A stretch of DNA of 64,000 nucleotides from Macrostomum lignano. Lineage: Eukaryota. Positions 1 to 13,500 of the stretch are shown here, piece after piece. The stretch spans positions 62,001 through 126,000 of the forward strand of contig NIVC01001138.1 of assembly GCA_002269645.1 (NCBI GenBank), given 5' to 3'. The position numbers and the translations under genes were made by a program. Below the pieces are notes generated by a model. That model did not search any database and was not told the origin of the DNA. It worked only from the letters and a program-made list of their open reading frames with translations. The stretch's first letter is position 1; every line of letters starts with the position of its first letter.

Positions 1-545
1 AAGAGATGAGAGGGGGAGAGATGAGAGGGGAAGAGATGAGAGGGGGAGAGATTAGAGGAGGAGAGATGGGAGGGAGGGAGATGAGAGGGGTAGAGATGGG
101 AGGGGGAGAGATGAGAGGGGAGAGATGAGAGGGGGAGAGATGAGAGGGGGAGAGATAAGTGGGGGAGAGATGAGAGGGGGAGAGATGAGAGGGGAGAGAT
201 AAGAGGGGAGAGATGAGAGGGGGAGAGATAAGAGGGGGAGAGATGAGAGGGGGAGAGATAAGAGGGGGAGAGATGAGAGGGGAGAGATAAGAGGGGGAGA
301 GATGAGAGGGGGAGAGATAAGAGGGGGAGAGATAAGAGGGGGAGAGATAAGAGGGGGAGAGATGAGAGGGGGAGAGATAAGAGGGGGAGAGATAAGAGGG
401 GGAGAGATAAGAGGAGGAGAGATAAGAGGGGGAGAGATAAGAAGGGGAGAGATGAGAGGGGGAGAGATAAGAGGGGGAGAGATAAGAGGGGGAGAGATAA
501 GAGGGGGAGAGATAAGAGGGGGAGAGATGAGAGAGAGGGAGATGA
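1..545. repeat. GA-rich minisatellite, ~15-bp unit (GAGATAAGAGGGGGA), cut by window start
   Basis: Direct tandem units; ORF 302..574 (RGGEI)n is its translation. Confidence 0.95.
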
Positions 546-1130
546 AAGAGAACTCAAAAGAGGAGCAGAATTAGAAACGCATTGAGCAACTTATGAAGCC
601 TGAATCGCACAGAAATGAAAGAAGCGATGCTCTCACACCTCACATGAGACTTAAAACTGGCAATTTGCTGCGCAACAAAAATTAAGGAGCCAATTGTTGA
701 TAGACAATTCTCAACACCGTCATTCCGAATACAGGCACCCGTCAACTTTAAATTTATTATAAATCTAATTCAATACAAACAAGTTAGCACTGTTTTGTTA
801 TAATAGAAAATTATTGATCAATTTTTACATGTACAACAAAAATAAATAAAATCCATGCAATATTTATTAATCAAAAGAATCAATATATTTAATTAGCAAA
901 TATGACCTAACACACTTCAGTATTGTTAGTAAAGTTATTTACACTAAATATCGCTTGGAACAAATATACTGATAAAATTTAATAATCCCACTAACCCTAT
1001 GAAAACTACCCCAGGTTCTTTACGCAGGAAGGTTCTGAGTGAACACCCTGGCGCACCACAACCAGCGCTAAGGCGCTAAGATGAACCTTCAAAATAATAC
1101 GCGAAAATCGTGTTTCCTTCTTGAAAATCG

Positions 1131-1727
1131 ATATCTAATCTATCAGATCCTATATCTAATCTATCAGATCCTATATCTTATCTGTCAGATCTATATCTAA
1201 TCTATCAGATCCTATATCTAATCTATCAGATCCTATATTTAATCTCTCAGATCCTATATCTAATCTATCAGATCCTATATCTAATCTATCAGATCCTATA
1301 TCTAATGTATCAGATCCTATATCTAATCTATCAGATCCTATATCTAATCTATCAGATCTATATCCAAACTATCAGATCTATATCTAATCTATCAGATCTA
1401 TATCTAATCTATCAGGTCTATATCTAACCTATCAGATCTATATCCAAGCTATCAGATCCTATATCTTATCTATCAGATCCGATATCTAATCTATCAGATC
1501 CGATATTTAATCTCTCAGATCCTATATCTAATCTATCAGATCCTATATCTAATCTATCAGATCCTATATCTAATCTATCAGATCTATATCCAAACTATCA
1601 GATCTATATCTAATCTATCAGGTCTATATCTAATCTATCAGGTCTATATCTAATCTATCAGGTCTATATCTTATCTATCAGATCCGATATCTAATCTATC
1701 AGATCCGATATCTAATCTATCAGATCT
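1131..1727. repeat. Minisatellite, 20-21-bp unit ATATCTAATCTATCAGATC(C)T
   Basis: Tandem units; same family as the array at 3365-4012. Confidence 0.95.
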
Positions 1728-1842
1728 ATTTTCAAACGAATCACGGATGCTTTTATCGCTAAGATGCTCTCTTGAAACGACAGGGCGAAGATCGTGCTTG
1801 TCATTTATGTCAACAACAGTGATAATAATTTAATCTCTTTGT

Positions 1843-4629
1843 CTAGTCCTTGGCTGGAGACTGCGGCGGCCGCCTGCCTCCAACAGAAGTTGCTACAGAA
1901 GCCGAGCTAACATTCGACTTCTGACTTTCGCCTCTAGTCAGCGAAGCTGTCTGTCGTTTAACCGTAACTGTCGGTCCCGAGTTCGAATCTATACGACGAA
2001 TGGAACCGCTGCCACCGGCAGTGTCACGTTTGATAGCCCTGCGCACCGACAGTTTCGGCACGTAGTCCGCTTCTTCATCAGCCACGGGAGAGGCAGCAGT
2101 TCCCTCTGCCGCTGCTGCTGGCGCTACTACTGACTGGGCAGTAGTATCAGTAGCTACAGTTTTTGAAGGCCCAGCCAAGTCCAAGGCTTCCGCGGCGTCG
2201 GGCCTCGGCGATTTCGGCGGCTTTGGAGACGCGGGCGCCACGGCGTCTTCGTCAGAGGCGCTGCGTCGTTGCATTTTCTTATTACTGATGGAACTTGAAG
2301 ACGAGGACGCTTTCTGTTGCTGCTTCTGCTGTTGCTTTTGCTGCTGCTTGGAAGATTTGGCTTTGGCCCAACGAGCCGACTTGCCAGCCTTCTGACTGGC
2401 TGAGTCATCAGCCGCCGAGGAGGAATTCCTGCGAATGCTGGCCGCGAACGGATTCGTGCGATCGAAGCCGCGGGCCAGTGACGGCTGGAGGTGTACATTG
2501 GATAGGGTGTACATTCGATTGGGTGTATTTTCGATAGGGTGTACATTGAATAGGGTGTACATTGGATAGGGTGTACTTTGGATAGGGTGTACTTTGGATA
2601 GGGTGTACATTGAATAGGGTTTACATTGGATAGGGTGTACATTCGATTGGGTGTACATTAGATAGGGTGTACTTTGGATAGGGTGTACATTGAATAGGGT
2701 TTACATTGGATAGGGTGTACATTCGATTGGGTGTACATTGGATAGGGTGTACTTTGGATAGGGTGTACATTGAATAGGGTTTACATTGGATAGGGTGTAC
2801 ATTCGATAGGGTGTACATTGGATATAGGGTGCACATTGGATGTGCGTACCTTGGATGGGATGTACATTATATAGGGTGTACATTTGGTGGGATGTATATT
2901 GGACAGGTTGTACATTGGATAGAGTAAACATTGGATTATGGTGTTCGTGGGTAGACTGTAGAGTACATTGATAGATATAGGAGTGTACACTGGGAAGAGG
3001 TGTGAATTGGGTACACACAATGTACACTACACGAGTACATTACCTGCACAGGTATGATAACATCCAGCAAACGATTATTAGAGGCGTTATCAGCCTCAGG
3101 CAGCAAGAACAGCTCGTCGCAGTTGTCTATCAGACAGGCCACCATATTGGCCTGATGCTGGGACCTTTTAGCAGCTTCAACAATTCCGGAGGTGCTCGAG
3201 CCGATGGCTGGGTGCTGACAGAGATTTGGGGCCCACACGATAGCCAGGTTGTGCGAGGTCATCAGGGTGGCATTGCTGTGACTGGCTATGCGATGCAAGT
3301 GGCTGAACAGGTATTTGGCCACTCTGAAATGAGGAATTCGATTGGCTATTTGTTATCAACATCCGATCTATTGAACTATAAACAATCTATCAGATCTTTA
3401 TCTAATCTATAACCAATCAATCAGATCTTTATCTAATCTATAACCAATCAATCAGATCTTTATCTAATCTATCAGATCTACATCTAATCTATCAGATCTA
3501 CATATAATCTATCAGATCTATATCTAATCTATCAGACCTATAACTAATCTATCAAATCTAAACCAATCTATAAGATCTTATATCTAATTTATTAGATCTA
3601 TAACTAATCTATTGGATTTATAACTAATCTATCAGATTTTATATCTAATATTTTAGATCTATAACTAATCTATTAGATCTATAACTAATCTATTGGATTT
3701 ATAACTAATCTATCAGATCTTATATCTAATATTTTAGATCTATAACTAATCTATTAGATCTATAACTAATCTATTAGATCTATAACTAATCTATCAGATC
3801 TATAACTAATCTATCAGATCTTATATCTAATCTATTAGATCTTTAACTAATCTATCAAATCTATAACTAATATATCAGATCTTTATCTAATCTATCAGAT
3901 CCATATCTAACCTATCAGGTGTACATATAATCTAACATATCTTATATCTAATATATTAGATATATAAATAATCTATCAGATCTATATCTAATCTATCAGA
4001 TCTTGGTTGGTCTAACAGAGTTATATTTAATAACCTTATTAGAACTACGCTCACCTGAGATGCACAGGCGACATCTGAGCAACGCAATCTCTCAGCTGAC
4101 CAATTTCCGGTGGACAATCAGAGAACTGCTCAGCCAACAGTGGAACTGGCAACTCGCGAAAATACAACTTCAACAAGTTAGTATAGTTGTGAATAGCCAT
4201 TCTATACGGACACATTGGCACAGGGTTGCTATCGGCTTCATCAGTTTTAGATTCCTCTTCTGATGCATCGCTTGGGTTTTTTCTGACTGCCTGCGGCGAC
4301 TCTCCATTGGAGGTGGCCGTTGACTCCGGCTCTACCGCCGAGTCGGTCGAGTCAAGCGCTGTCCGGGCTTCTGGCCGCGAATGCGGATGCCCCACCACAG
4401 CGGCAGCTGCCGCCGCCGATGCGGCCATGACGCAGGTGCACCTGTCTTCTGGGTAGTTCTCGTATTTGAATACCTGAGAAAGGAAGGAGCGGCAGAGGTG
4501 GAGACAGCGGAAGCCAAATACACGGACAGACAGACAGGCAGACAGACAGACAAACAGACAGACGGACAGACAGACACATACAGACAGGCAGACAGACAAT
4601 AAGACACAGACAGACAGACAGACAGACAC

Positions 4630-4692
<63 letters not shown>

Positions 4693-4693
4693 C

Positions 4694-4736
<43 letters not shown>

Positions 4737-7700
4737 CACAGACAGACAGCTCACCTGCATCAGCCGCTGCACCTCAGTGCCATTGCCAGACTTCCTATAC
4801 AGCCCTTCGTGATAGGCCCCGTGCGACTCAATCAGACTGACGCAGTAGATGAGCACAGACGGATAATCCAGGTTGTTCTCCCCCAGGTAGCTGGCCAAAT
4901 CCAAGCCGAACTGGCCGGCTCTTAGGATCCCGGTGCGAATCAGCTGATTCTGGTCTGGGCGGGAGCGAAAGAAAGCTCTGAGGCTGTCTAACAGGCGCGG
5001 GTATTTGCTACGGATATTTCGACCTGTGGCTGAAGAATTCGTTTGCTGTTGCTGCTCCTGTTGCTGATGCGATGTTGAAGATTCCAACTTCTCTTGCTGC
5101 TCCTAAAAGTAAATGGGGAGAAATGGGAGATAAACAATGGGGAGAAATGGGAGATAAACAATGGGGACAAATGGGAGACAAACAATGGGGAGAAATGGGA
5201 GAGTAACAATGGGGAGAAATGGGAGATAAACAATGGGGAGAAATGGGAGATAAACAATGGGGACAAATGGGACACAAACAATGGGGAGAAATGGGAGACT
5301 AACAATGGGGAGAAATGGGAGATAAACAATGGGGAAATGGGAGATAAACAATGGGGAGAAATGGGAGATAAACAATGGGGAGAAATGGGCGACAAACAAT
5401 GGGGAGAAATGGGAGATAAACAATGGGGAGAAATGGGAGATAAACAATGGGGAGAAATGGGCGACAAACAATGGGGAGAAATGGGAGATAAACAATGGGG
5501 AAATTGGAGATAAACAATGGGGAGAAATGGGAGACTAACAATAGGGAGAAATTGGAGACTAACAATGGGGAGAAATGGGAGATAAACAATGGGGAGAAAT
5601 GGGAGACAAACAATGGGGAGAAATGGGAGATAAACAATGGGGAGAAATGGGAGATAAACAATGGGGAGAAATGGGCGACAAACAATGGGGAGAAATGGGA
5701 GATAAACAATGGGGAAATGGGAGATAAACAATGGGGAGAAATGGGAGACAAACAATGGGGAGAAATGGGAGATAAACAATGGGGAGAAATGGGCGACAAA
5801 CAATGGGGAGAAATGGGAGATAAACAATGGGGAGAAATGGGAGATAAACAATGGGGAGAAATGGGCGACAAACAATGGGGAGAAATGGGAGATAAACAAT
5901 GGGGAGAAATGGGAGATAAAAAATGGGGAGAAATGGGCGACAAACAATGGGGAGAAATGGGAGATAAACAATGGGGAAATGGGAGATAAACAATGGGGAG
6001 AAATGGGAGACAAACAATGGGGAGAAATGGGAGATAAACAATGGGGAGAAATGGGCGACAAACAATGGGGAGAAATGGGAGATAAACAATGGGGAGAAAT
6101 GGGAGATAAACAATGGGGAGAAATGGGCGACAAACAATGGGGAGAAATGGGAGATAAACAATGGGGAAATGGGAGATAAACAATGGGGAGAAATGGGAGA
6201 CTAACAATAGGGAGAAATTGGAGACTAACAATGGGGAGAAATGGGAGATAAACAATGGGGAGAAATGGGAGACAAACAATGGGGAGAAATGGGAGATAAA
6301 CAATGGGGAGAAATGGGCGACAAACAATGGGGAGAAATGGGAGATAAACAATGGGGAGAAATGGGAGATAAACAATGGGGAGAAATGGGCGACAAACAAT
6401 GGGGAGAAATGGGAGATAAACAATGGGGAAATGGGAGATAAACAATGGGGAGAAATGGGAGATAAACAATGGGGAGAAATGGGCGACAAATAATGGGGAG
6501 AAATGGGAGATAAACACTGGGGAGAAATGGGAGATAAACAATGGGGAGAAATGGGCGACAAACAATGGGGAGAAATGGGAGATAAACAATGGGGAAATGG
6601 GAGATAAACAATGGGGAGAAATGGGAGATAAACAATGGGGAGAAATGGGAGATAAACAATGGGGAGAAATGGGCGACAAACAATGGGGAGAAATGGGAGA
6701 TAAACAATGGGGAAATGGGAGAAATGGGAGAAATGGGAGACTAACAATAGGGAGAAATTGGAGACTAACAATGGGGAGAAACAGGGAGCCTCACCTTTCT
6801 CCCCTCTTCTTCAACGGACTGCTCCTGTCGCATCTCCATCTGCTGGTCGTGCTGAGTCTGTTTGGACCAGCTCGCCGGAGTCTCCCCGGGTCCAACAATG
6901 CGCACGCAGTTAGACGGGAAGAATCCGATCCTTCGCTCCCGCCGCTTCAACGAGGATCTAGTGCCGCCGCCTCCGTCAGCTTTCGAGGCTGCCAGGCTGC
7001 AAGCGTCAGCGAGCTGGTCGCTGCTGCAGGAGGAATTTCCGGTCTCGAACTCCTCTCTAGGCACGATTTTGCCTTCCCACCAGGTAGGCGAGTCCACATT
7101 AACGCTGACGTAAGTAACAGCCAAGTAGTCGCCCCGATTCAATGCCAGTTCGTCTTCGCAAGCCGGTTGGAAATCTCGGACAGCCACAGCCAGTTCGATG
7201 CCCTGCGGATTAAAATTAATTAGTAGAGCTTTAATTATTATATTTATATGTGTACAGAGGACAGCTAGGACACTAGGCAGCGATGGCTTAAAATAACATA
7301 CGATACTATTCGAGCCTTTTGTCACGCGCGAATGATAATTATTAGTTACTAACTTTGTCAAACATCCGCTGCTGTTGATGGGGCTATCGCTATGGAAAGG
7401 GGCTTAACGTTTTGACAGCTGTTAACGATTTTCTGTAGTTGCAGGCCCCAGAAACTGAATGCTCGAGGTTATGCTAGGTTAGGGGTTTGATTCTGTGCGT
7501 AGGTTCTGGGTTCGATTCTGTCTGTAGGTTCGGGGTTCGATTCTGTCTGTAGGTTCGGCGTTCGATTCTGTGTGTAGGTTCGGGGTTTGATTCTGTTTGT
7601 AGGTTCGGGGTTCGATTCTGTGTGTAGGTTCGGGGTTCGATTCTGTATGTAGGTTCGGGGTTCGATTCTGTGCGTAGGTTCGGGGTTTGATTCTGTTTGT

Positions 7701-8883
7701 AGGTTCGGGGTTCGATTCTGTATGTAGGTTCGGGGTTCGATTCTGTGTGTAGGTTCGGGGTTCGATTCTGTATGTAGGTTCGGGGTTCGATTCTGTATGT
7801 AGGTTCGGGGTTCGATTCTGTATGTAGGTTCGGGGTTCGATTCTGTATGTAAGGTTCGGGGTTCGATTCTGTATGTAGGTTCGGGGTTCGATTCTGTATG
7901 TAGGTTCGGGGTTCGATTCTGTATGTAGGTTCGGGGTTTGATTCTGTATGTAGGTTCGGGGTTTGATTCTGTATGTAGGTTCGGGGTTCGATTCTGTATG
8001 TAGGTTCGGGGTTCGATTCTGTATGTAGGTTCGGGGTTCGATTCTGTGTGAAGGTTCGGGGTTCGATTCTGTGTGAAGGTTCGGGGTTCGATTCTGTGTG
8101 AAGGTTCGGGGTTCGATTCTGTGTGTAGGTTCGGGGTTTGATTCTGTTTGTAGGTTCGGGGTTCGATTCTGTATGTAGGTTCGGGGTTCGATTCTGTATG
8201 TAGGTTCGGGGTTCGATTCTGTGCGTAGGTTCGGGGTTCGATTCTGTGCGTAGGTTCGGGGTTCGATTCTGTATGTAGGTTTGGGGTTCGACTCTGTGTG
8301 AAGGTTCGGGGTTCCATTTTCACTCTCACCTGAGTATTGTAGCGTGCCGCCAGCGACTGTCGCTCGCCTTTGCAGTCAAGATCGAGAATGTCCAGCACCA
8401 GAGGGCAAACCAGCTTGGAGCAGAACTCAGGTTGACCGCTCAGTCCGCTGAAGCAGCGAAAGTAATACTGCAATATGATTTCCATCTGCTTCTTAGTTGT
8501 CAGGTTGCTAGGCGAGAAGCTTCGATAAGATTGGGCGAAAGTCTGCCTCAAGTCGAACAGGTTATTGTACTTGGCGCAGCGCTGCAGACAGCATTTGTGC
8601 AGCCATTCGTCGAATTCGATGAGCTGATGCAGGTGGCGGACAATGTGCCACGGCTCCGCATTGCCGCTCTGCACAGTCATAGCTACACGGACCTCCTTCA
8701 GCATGGTGGTCAGGGAGGCCATCTCGTGCGCGTCTAGCTGACTGTCGCGAATCTTGTTAGATGCCGCACTGGAGAGCTCGTCTGCTCCGCTGCCTTCCGC
8801 TACGAGATCGGCGATTTCCTGGATAGATCGATAGTTGGGTAGATAGATAGATAGATAGATGGATAGATAGATAGATAGTTAGT

Positions 8884-8930
<47 letters not shown>

Positions 8931-8967
8931 TTAGATAGATAGATAGATAGATAGCTAGATAGATAGT

Positions 8968-9048
<81 letters not shown>

Positions 9049-9123
9049 CGATAGTTAGGTAGATAGCTAGATAGATGGATAGATAGATAGATAGATAGAT
9101 AGTTAGATAGATAGATAGATAGC

Positions 9124-9158
<35 letters not shown>

Positions 9159-9159
9159 T

Positions 9160-9198
<39 letters not shown>

Positions 9199-9267
9199 CT
9201 AGATAGATAGTTAGATAGATAGATAGATAGCTAGATAGATAGTTAGATAGATAGATAGATAGATAGT

Positions 9268-9354
<87 letters not shown>

Positions 9355-9774
9355 AGAGATAGATGATAGATCAAAGAAAAGATCCACACATCGTTATGTC
9401 TGTCTGTCTTTACCTTTGAAATCCAATCTCATAGATCTATTCTCTAGTCATGACCTACTCTCACAGATCTCAAGCACAACAAATCAGTTTAAAGATCTCA
9501 CCTGCAAATTAACGGACACTTCTCCAACACTAACATTAATCTTTCCCAGCTTCATACACGAAGGTATATAGTGATTGTGGGATCGCTTCTTTAGCGTGGC
9601 GGACAATTTGCAGGTCCGTGGCCTCTCCAAATTCTCCCAGCTGGTGTCCCGATACAGTGCAGGGTGATCAGAATGACATCCGGTATGCTCAGCAGACTGC
9701 ACCTCTGGAAGCTGCTGAGACCATTCTTCATCAACGCGAGCCTCATCAACCTCAGTAGCGCTACTGGTTGACAT
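1843..9774 (-). CDS. ARHGAP32/33: ARHGAP32/33-like Rho GTPase-activating protein (PX-like + SH3 + RhoGAP), ~952 aa, 7 coding exons
   Basis: Exons 9502-9774, 8330-8818, 6795-7202, 4755-5102, 4055-4473, 3044-3323, 1843-2484. All introns GT..AG with matching phases (0,0,0,0,2,0); 2859 nt total. Motifs: SH3 (AVRDF..ELALNRGD..WWEGK..GFFPSNCV), RSRPDQNQLIRTGIL, arginine finger EGLYRKSG, LLKLYFRELP, NLAIVWAPNL. An acceptor (TTTTCAG at 9789-9790) lies just upstream of ATG 9774, so an upstream exon or trans-splice site is possible. Confidence 0.9.
2490..2935. repeat. 16-bp minisatellite (GGATAGGGTGTACATT) in RhoGAP intron 6
   Basis: Tandem units running up to the acceptor at 2485-2486. Confidence 0.95.
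3365..4012. repeat. ~20-bp minisatellite (ATCTAATCTATCAGATCTAT) in RhoGAP intron 5
   Basis: Tandem units, more diverged than the copy at 1131-1727. Confidence 0.9.
4525..4750. repeat. (CAGA)n microsatellite in RhoGAP intron 4
   Basis: Direct observation; yields the SVCL-repeat pseudo-ORFs. Confidence 0.97.
5112..6782. repeat. 24-bp minisatellite (AAACAATGGGGAGAAATGGGAGAT, 22-bp variant) in RhoGAP intron 3
   Basis: Tandem units filling almost all of intron 5103-6794. Confidence 0.97.
7480..8312. repeat. 25-bp minisatellite (TAGGTTCGGGGTTCGATTCTGTATG) in RhoGAP intron 2
   Basis: Tandem units; explains the repetitive tail of ORF 7469..8722. Confidence 0.97.
8830..9355. repeat. (GATA)n microsatellite in RhoGAP intron 1
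   Basis: Direct observation. Confidence 0.97.
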
Positions 9775-10339
9775 GGCTAAACTATTAACTGAAAATTTGT
9801 GTTTTAACATTTCAAGTTAAACCAATAACTAATTTAGCCGCAGAGCGTTGCACTCTGGTTTATGTAGTAAACGTATTTATTAGAAATAGGGCTAGTGTTT
9901 ATACAGCACAGCCCTAACGTCTAGAATAAATTGGCCTATATGTTTCAAAGGCTTTATTTAGTCAAGCCATCATCAAAGTATCTACAGCCTTGCAACGTGA
10001 AACCTTCCTTGCTAATTTGTATACACTAATAACAGTCTGATATATACATAAATATACTATGCATTTCCCTCACTGTTACTGATCTATCACCAAAGCAAGT
10101 AAGCATTTTAGCCTAGCAGAATTAGTGTTGTGCAGAGCTCTCATTCCAATTTCACTTTCTCACCATCTTACCTGTTTAAATGCATTTCTGATCTTTCCTC
10201 TCTTCGTCACTCGCAACCCTCGCCCTCTGACCCCTGCACACTGCAAGCCAACCTTTTCGCTTCGTGTCAAATCTACCCCTCTGCCACTTCAAACTCTACT
10301 TCTCTCCGCTGTTCTCTCTACACCTCATTCTACCTCTCA

Positions 10340-12425
10340 CTCTCTTCTCTACATCTCCCATTCTACCTCTCACTCTCAACTACTCTCTTCTCTACATCTC
10401 CCATTCTACCTCTCATTCTCAACTACTCTCTTCTTTACATCTCCAATTCTACCTCTCACTCTCAACTACTCTATTCTCTACATCTCCCATTCTACCTCTC
10501 ACTCTCAACTACTCTATTCTCTACATCTCCCATTCTACCTCTCAACTACTCTTTTTTCTACATCTCCCATTCTACCTCTCACTCTCAACTACTCTCTTCT
10601 CTACATCTCCAATTCTACCTCTCACTCTCAACTACTCTATTCTCTACATCTCCCATTCTACCTCTCACTCTCAACTACTCTATTCTCTACATCTCCCATT
10701 CTACCTCTCACTCTCAACTACTCTATTCTCTACATCTCCCATTCTACCTCTCAACTACTCTTTTTTCTACATCTCCCATTCTACCTCTCACTCTCAACTA
10801 CTCTATTCTCTACATCTCCCATTCTACCTCTCATTCTCAACTACTCTCTTCTCTACATCTCCCATTCTACCTCTCACTCTCAACTACTCTATTCTCTACA
10901 TCTCCCATTCTACCTCTCACTCTCAACTACTCTATTCTCTACATCTCCCATTCTACCTCTCATTCTCAACTACTCTATTCTCTACATCTCCCATTCTACC
11001 TCTCACTCTCAACTACTCTATTCTCTACATCTCCCATTCTACCTCTCACTCTCAACTACTCTATTCTCTACATCTCCCATTCTACCTCTCAACTACTCTT
11101 TTTTCTACATCTCCCATTCTACCTCTCACTCTCAACTACTCTATTCTCTACATCTCCCATTCTACCTCTCATTCTCAACTACTCTCTTCTCTACATCTCC
11201 CATTCTACCTCTCACTCTCAACTACTCTATTCTCTACATCTCCCATTCTACCTCTCACTCTCAACTACTCTATTCTCTACATCTCCCATTCTACCTCTCA
11301 ACTACTCTTTTTTCTACATCTCCCATTCTACCTCTCACTCTCAACTACTCTATTCTCTACATCTCCCATTCTACCTCTCATTCTCAACTACTCTCTTCTC
11401 TACATCTCCCATTCTACCTCTCACTCTCAACTACTCTATTCTCTACATCTCCCATTCTACCTCTCACTCTCAACTACTCTATTCTCTACATCTCCCATTC
11501 TACCTCTCATTCTCAACTACTCTATTCTCTACATCTCCCATTCTACCTCTCACTCTCAACTACTCTCTTCTCTACATCTCCAATTCTACCTCTCACTCTC
11601 AACTACTCTATTCTCTACATCTCCCATTCTACCTCTCACTCTCAACTACTCTATTCTCTACATCTCCCATTCTACCTCTCATTCTCAACTACTCTATTCT
11701 CTACATCTCCCATTCTACCTCTCATTCTCAACTACTCTATTCTCTACATCTCCCATTCTACCTCTCATTCTCAACTACTCTCTTCTCTACATCTCCCATT
11801 CTACCTCTCATTCTCAACTACTCTATTCTCTACATCTACCATTCTACCTCTCACTCTCAACTACTCTATTCTCTACATCTACCATTCTACCTCTCACTCT
11901 CAACTACTCTATTCTCTACATCTCCAATTCTAGCTCTCACTTTCAACTACTCTATTCTCTACATCTCCAATTCTACCTCTCACTCTCAACTACTCTATTC
12001 TCTACATCTACCATTCTACCTCTCACTCTCAACTACTCTATTCTCTACATCTCCAATTCTAGCTCTCACTTTCAACTACTCTATTCTCTACATCTACCAT
12101 TCTACCTCTCACTCTCAACTACTCTATTCTCTACATCTCCAATTCTAGCTCTCACTTTCAACTACTCTATTCTCTACATCTCCAATTCTACCTCTCACTC
12201 TCAACTACTCTATTCTCTACATCTACCATTCTACCTCTCACTCTCAACTACTCTATTCTCTACATCTCCAATTCTAGCTCTCACTTTCAACTACTCTATT
12301 CTCTACATCTCCAATTCTAGCTCTCACTTTCAACTACTCTCTTCTCTACATCTCTCATTCTACCTCTCACTCTCAACTACCCTCTTCTCTACATCTCCCA
12401 ATCTACCTCTCACTCTCAAATATTC
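10340..12425. repeat. 43-bp CT-rich minisatellite (CTACTCTATTCTCTACATCTCCCATTCTACCTCTCACTCTCAA)
   Basis: Tandem units with no stop codons in any + frame, hence three spurious 600-730 aa ORFs. Confidence 0.97.
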
Positions 12426-12779
12426 TCTTCTTTACAAGTGTTACAATAAAAAACAGTTTTAAAAGTGTTCGTCTTTTACACATTTTCGTTTTTCAAAATT
12501 TGACTCCTTTCTCCTCTCTCCCCTCCCTTCTACCCCTTCCCTCCGCACTTTCTCCCTTTCTTTATCCTCTCTTCTTCTCTCTTTATTTTCCCTCTCATCT
12601 CTCCCCTTCTCTTTTCTCTCTCCCTTCTCATATTTTTCCTTGTAATATTTAAGGAGCTTAAAGTAACAAAATTTCCAATGCTTACTAAGATCTGTGGTAG
12701 TGATGACCTGCCTGCCAAATGTTGAAAAAAGATTACAGGGCAAGCAAAAACCTCCTAAATTGATTGCAGTCTAGCTTTC

Positions 12780-13500
12780 TTTAAGAAGACTTTAGACTTG
12801 AAAAATACCATTGAAGCCATTGATTTAATATGTAGGCATGAATTTTTATAAAATTTCAAAATAAATGAATGCAGCTAATTCAAAGTTTTTGTAAGATAAG
12901 CTCATCAAGTCCCTAGGGTTAAGGACTCATGAACCTATGATGTTGGGATGGTAAGGGCTAATGTTAAGATGAATAAAGCCATTAAGGAATCTATCTAGCA
13001 TTTTTTGTCAATAAAGTTATTGAGTGGCTTAGATGCAAGATAATAGCTCGTAGATATGGAAAATGTATATTCACAATCACTAAATCATATATATATATAT
13101 CTTCTATCTACAAACTATCTCAATTCTATCTTAATTCATATAATTCTTGTAGCACAATTATACAATATAATTATGCAATAGAATTATAGGAAAAACAAAA
13201 ATTAGATTAATATAATAATATTATATATTTATATACAAAGATCTCTCAAAATAAAATGTAACTTTGTTTTTTGAATTTTAAATCTACATATATGCATCAC
13301 CCAGAGACAATTTTGGCTATAGATAGTTTGAATTTAATTTTTTCCTTTTCAATAGAAAGGGACTTTGTTTGAATTGAATTTCTACAAGCACTGATATTTT
13401 CAAGTGTTTGAATTGAAGTTCTGCTTGTTTTTTTAACAAGATTGTTTAGGCCTAAAATAAGAGGTAGGCCTAAAATGGTATATAATATAGCCACAGTGGC
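12780..13500 (-). pseudogene. Possible decayed hAT transposase C-terminal (dimerisation-domain) relic
   Basis: Minus-strand translation near 12850-12990 gives LFILTLALTIPTS*V and, after a frameshift, LMSLSYKNFELAAFIYF, resembling the hAT LALTIPxSSxxxERxFS...L..L.F tail. Several stops; judged by eye. Confidence 0.3.

Noticed and set aside
4988-6771. Long FISHFSPL/WEINNGEK ORFs
   Set aside because: 24-bp intronic repeat inside a phase-consistent RhoGAP intron.
10125-12462. Three 600-730-aa ORFs
   Set aside because: They are translations of a 43-bp G-poor minisatellite that has no stops in any + frame.
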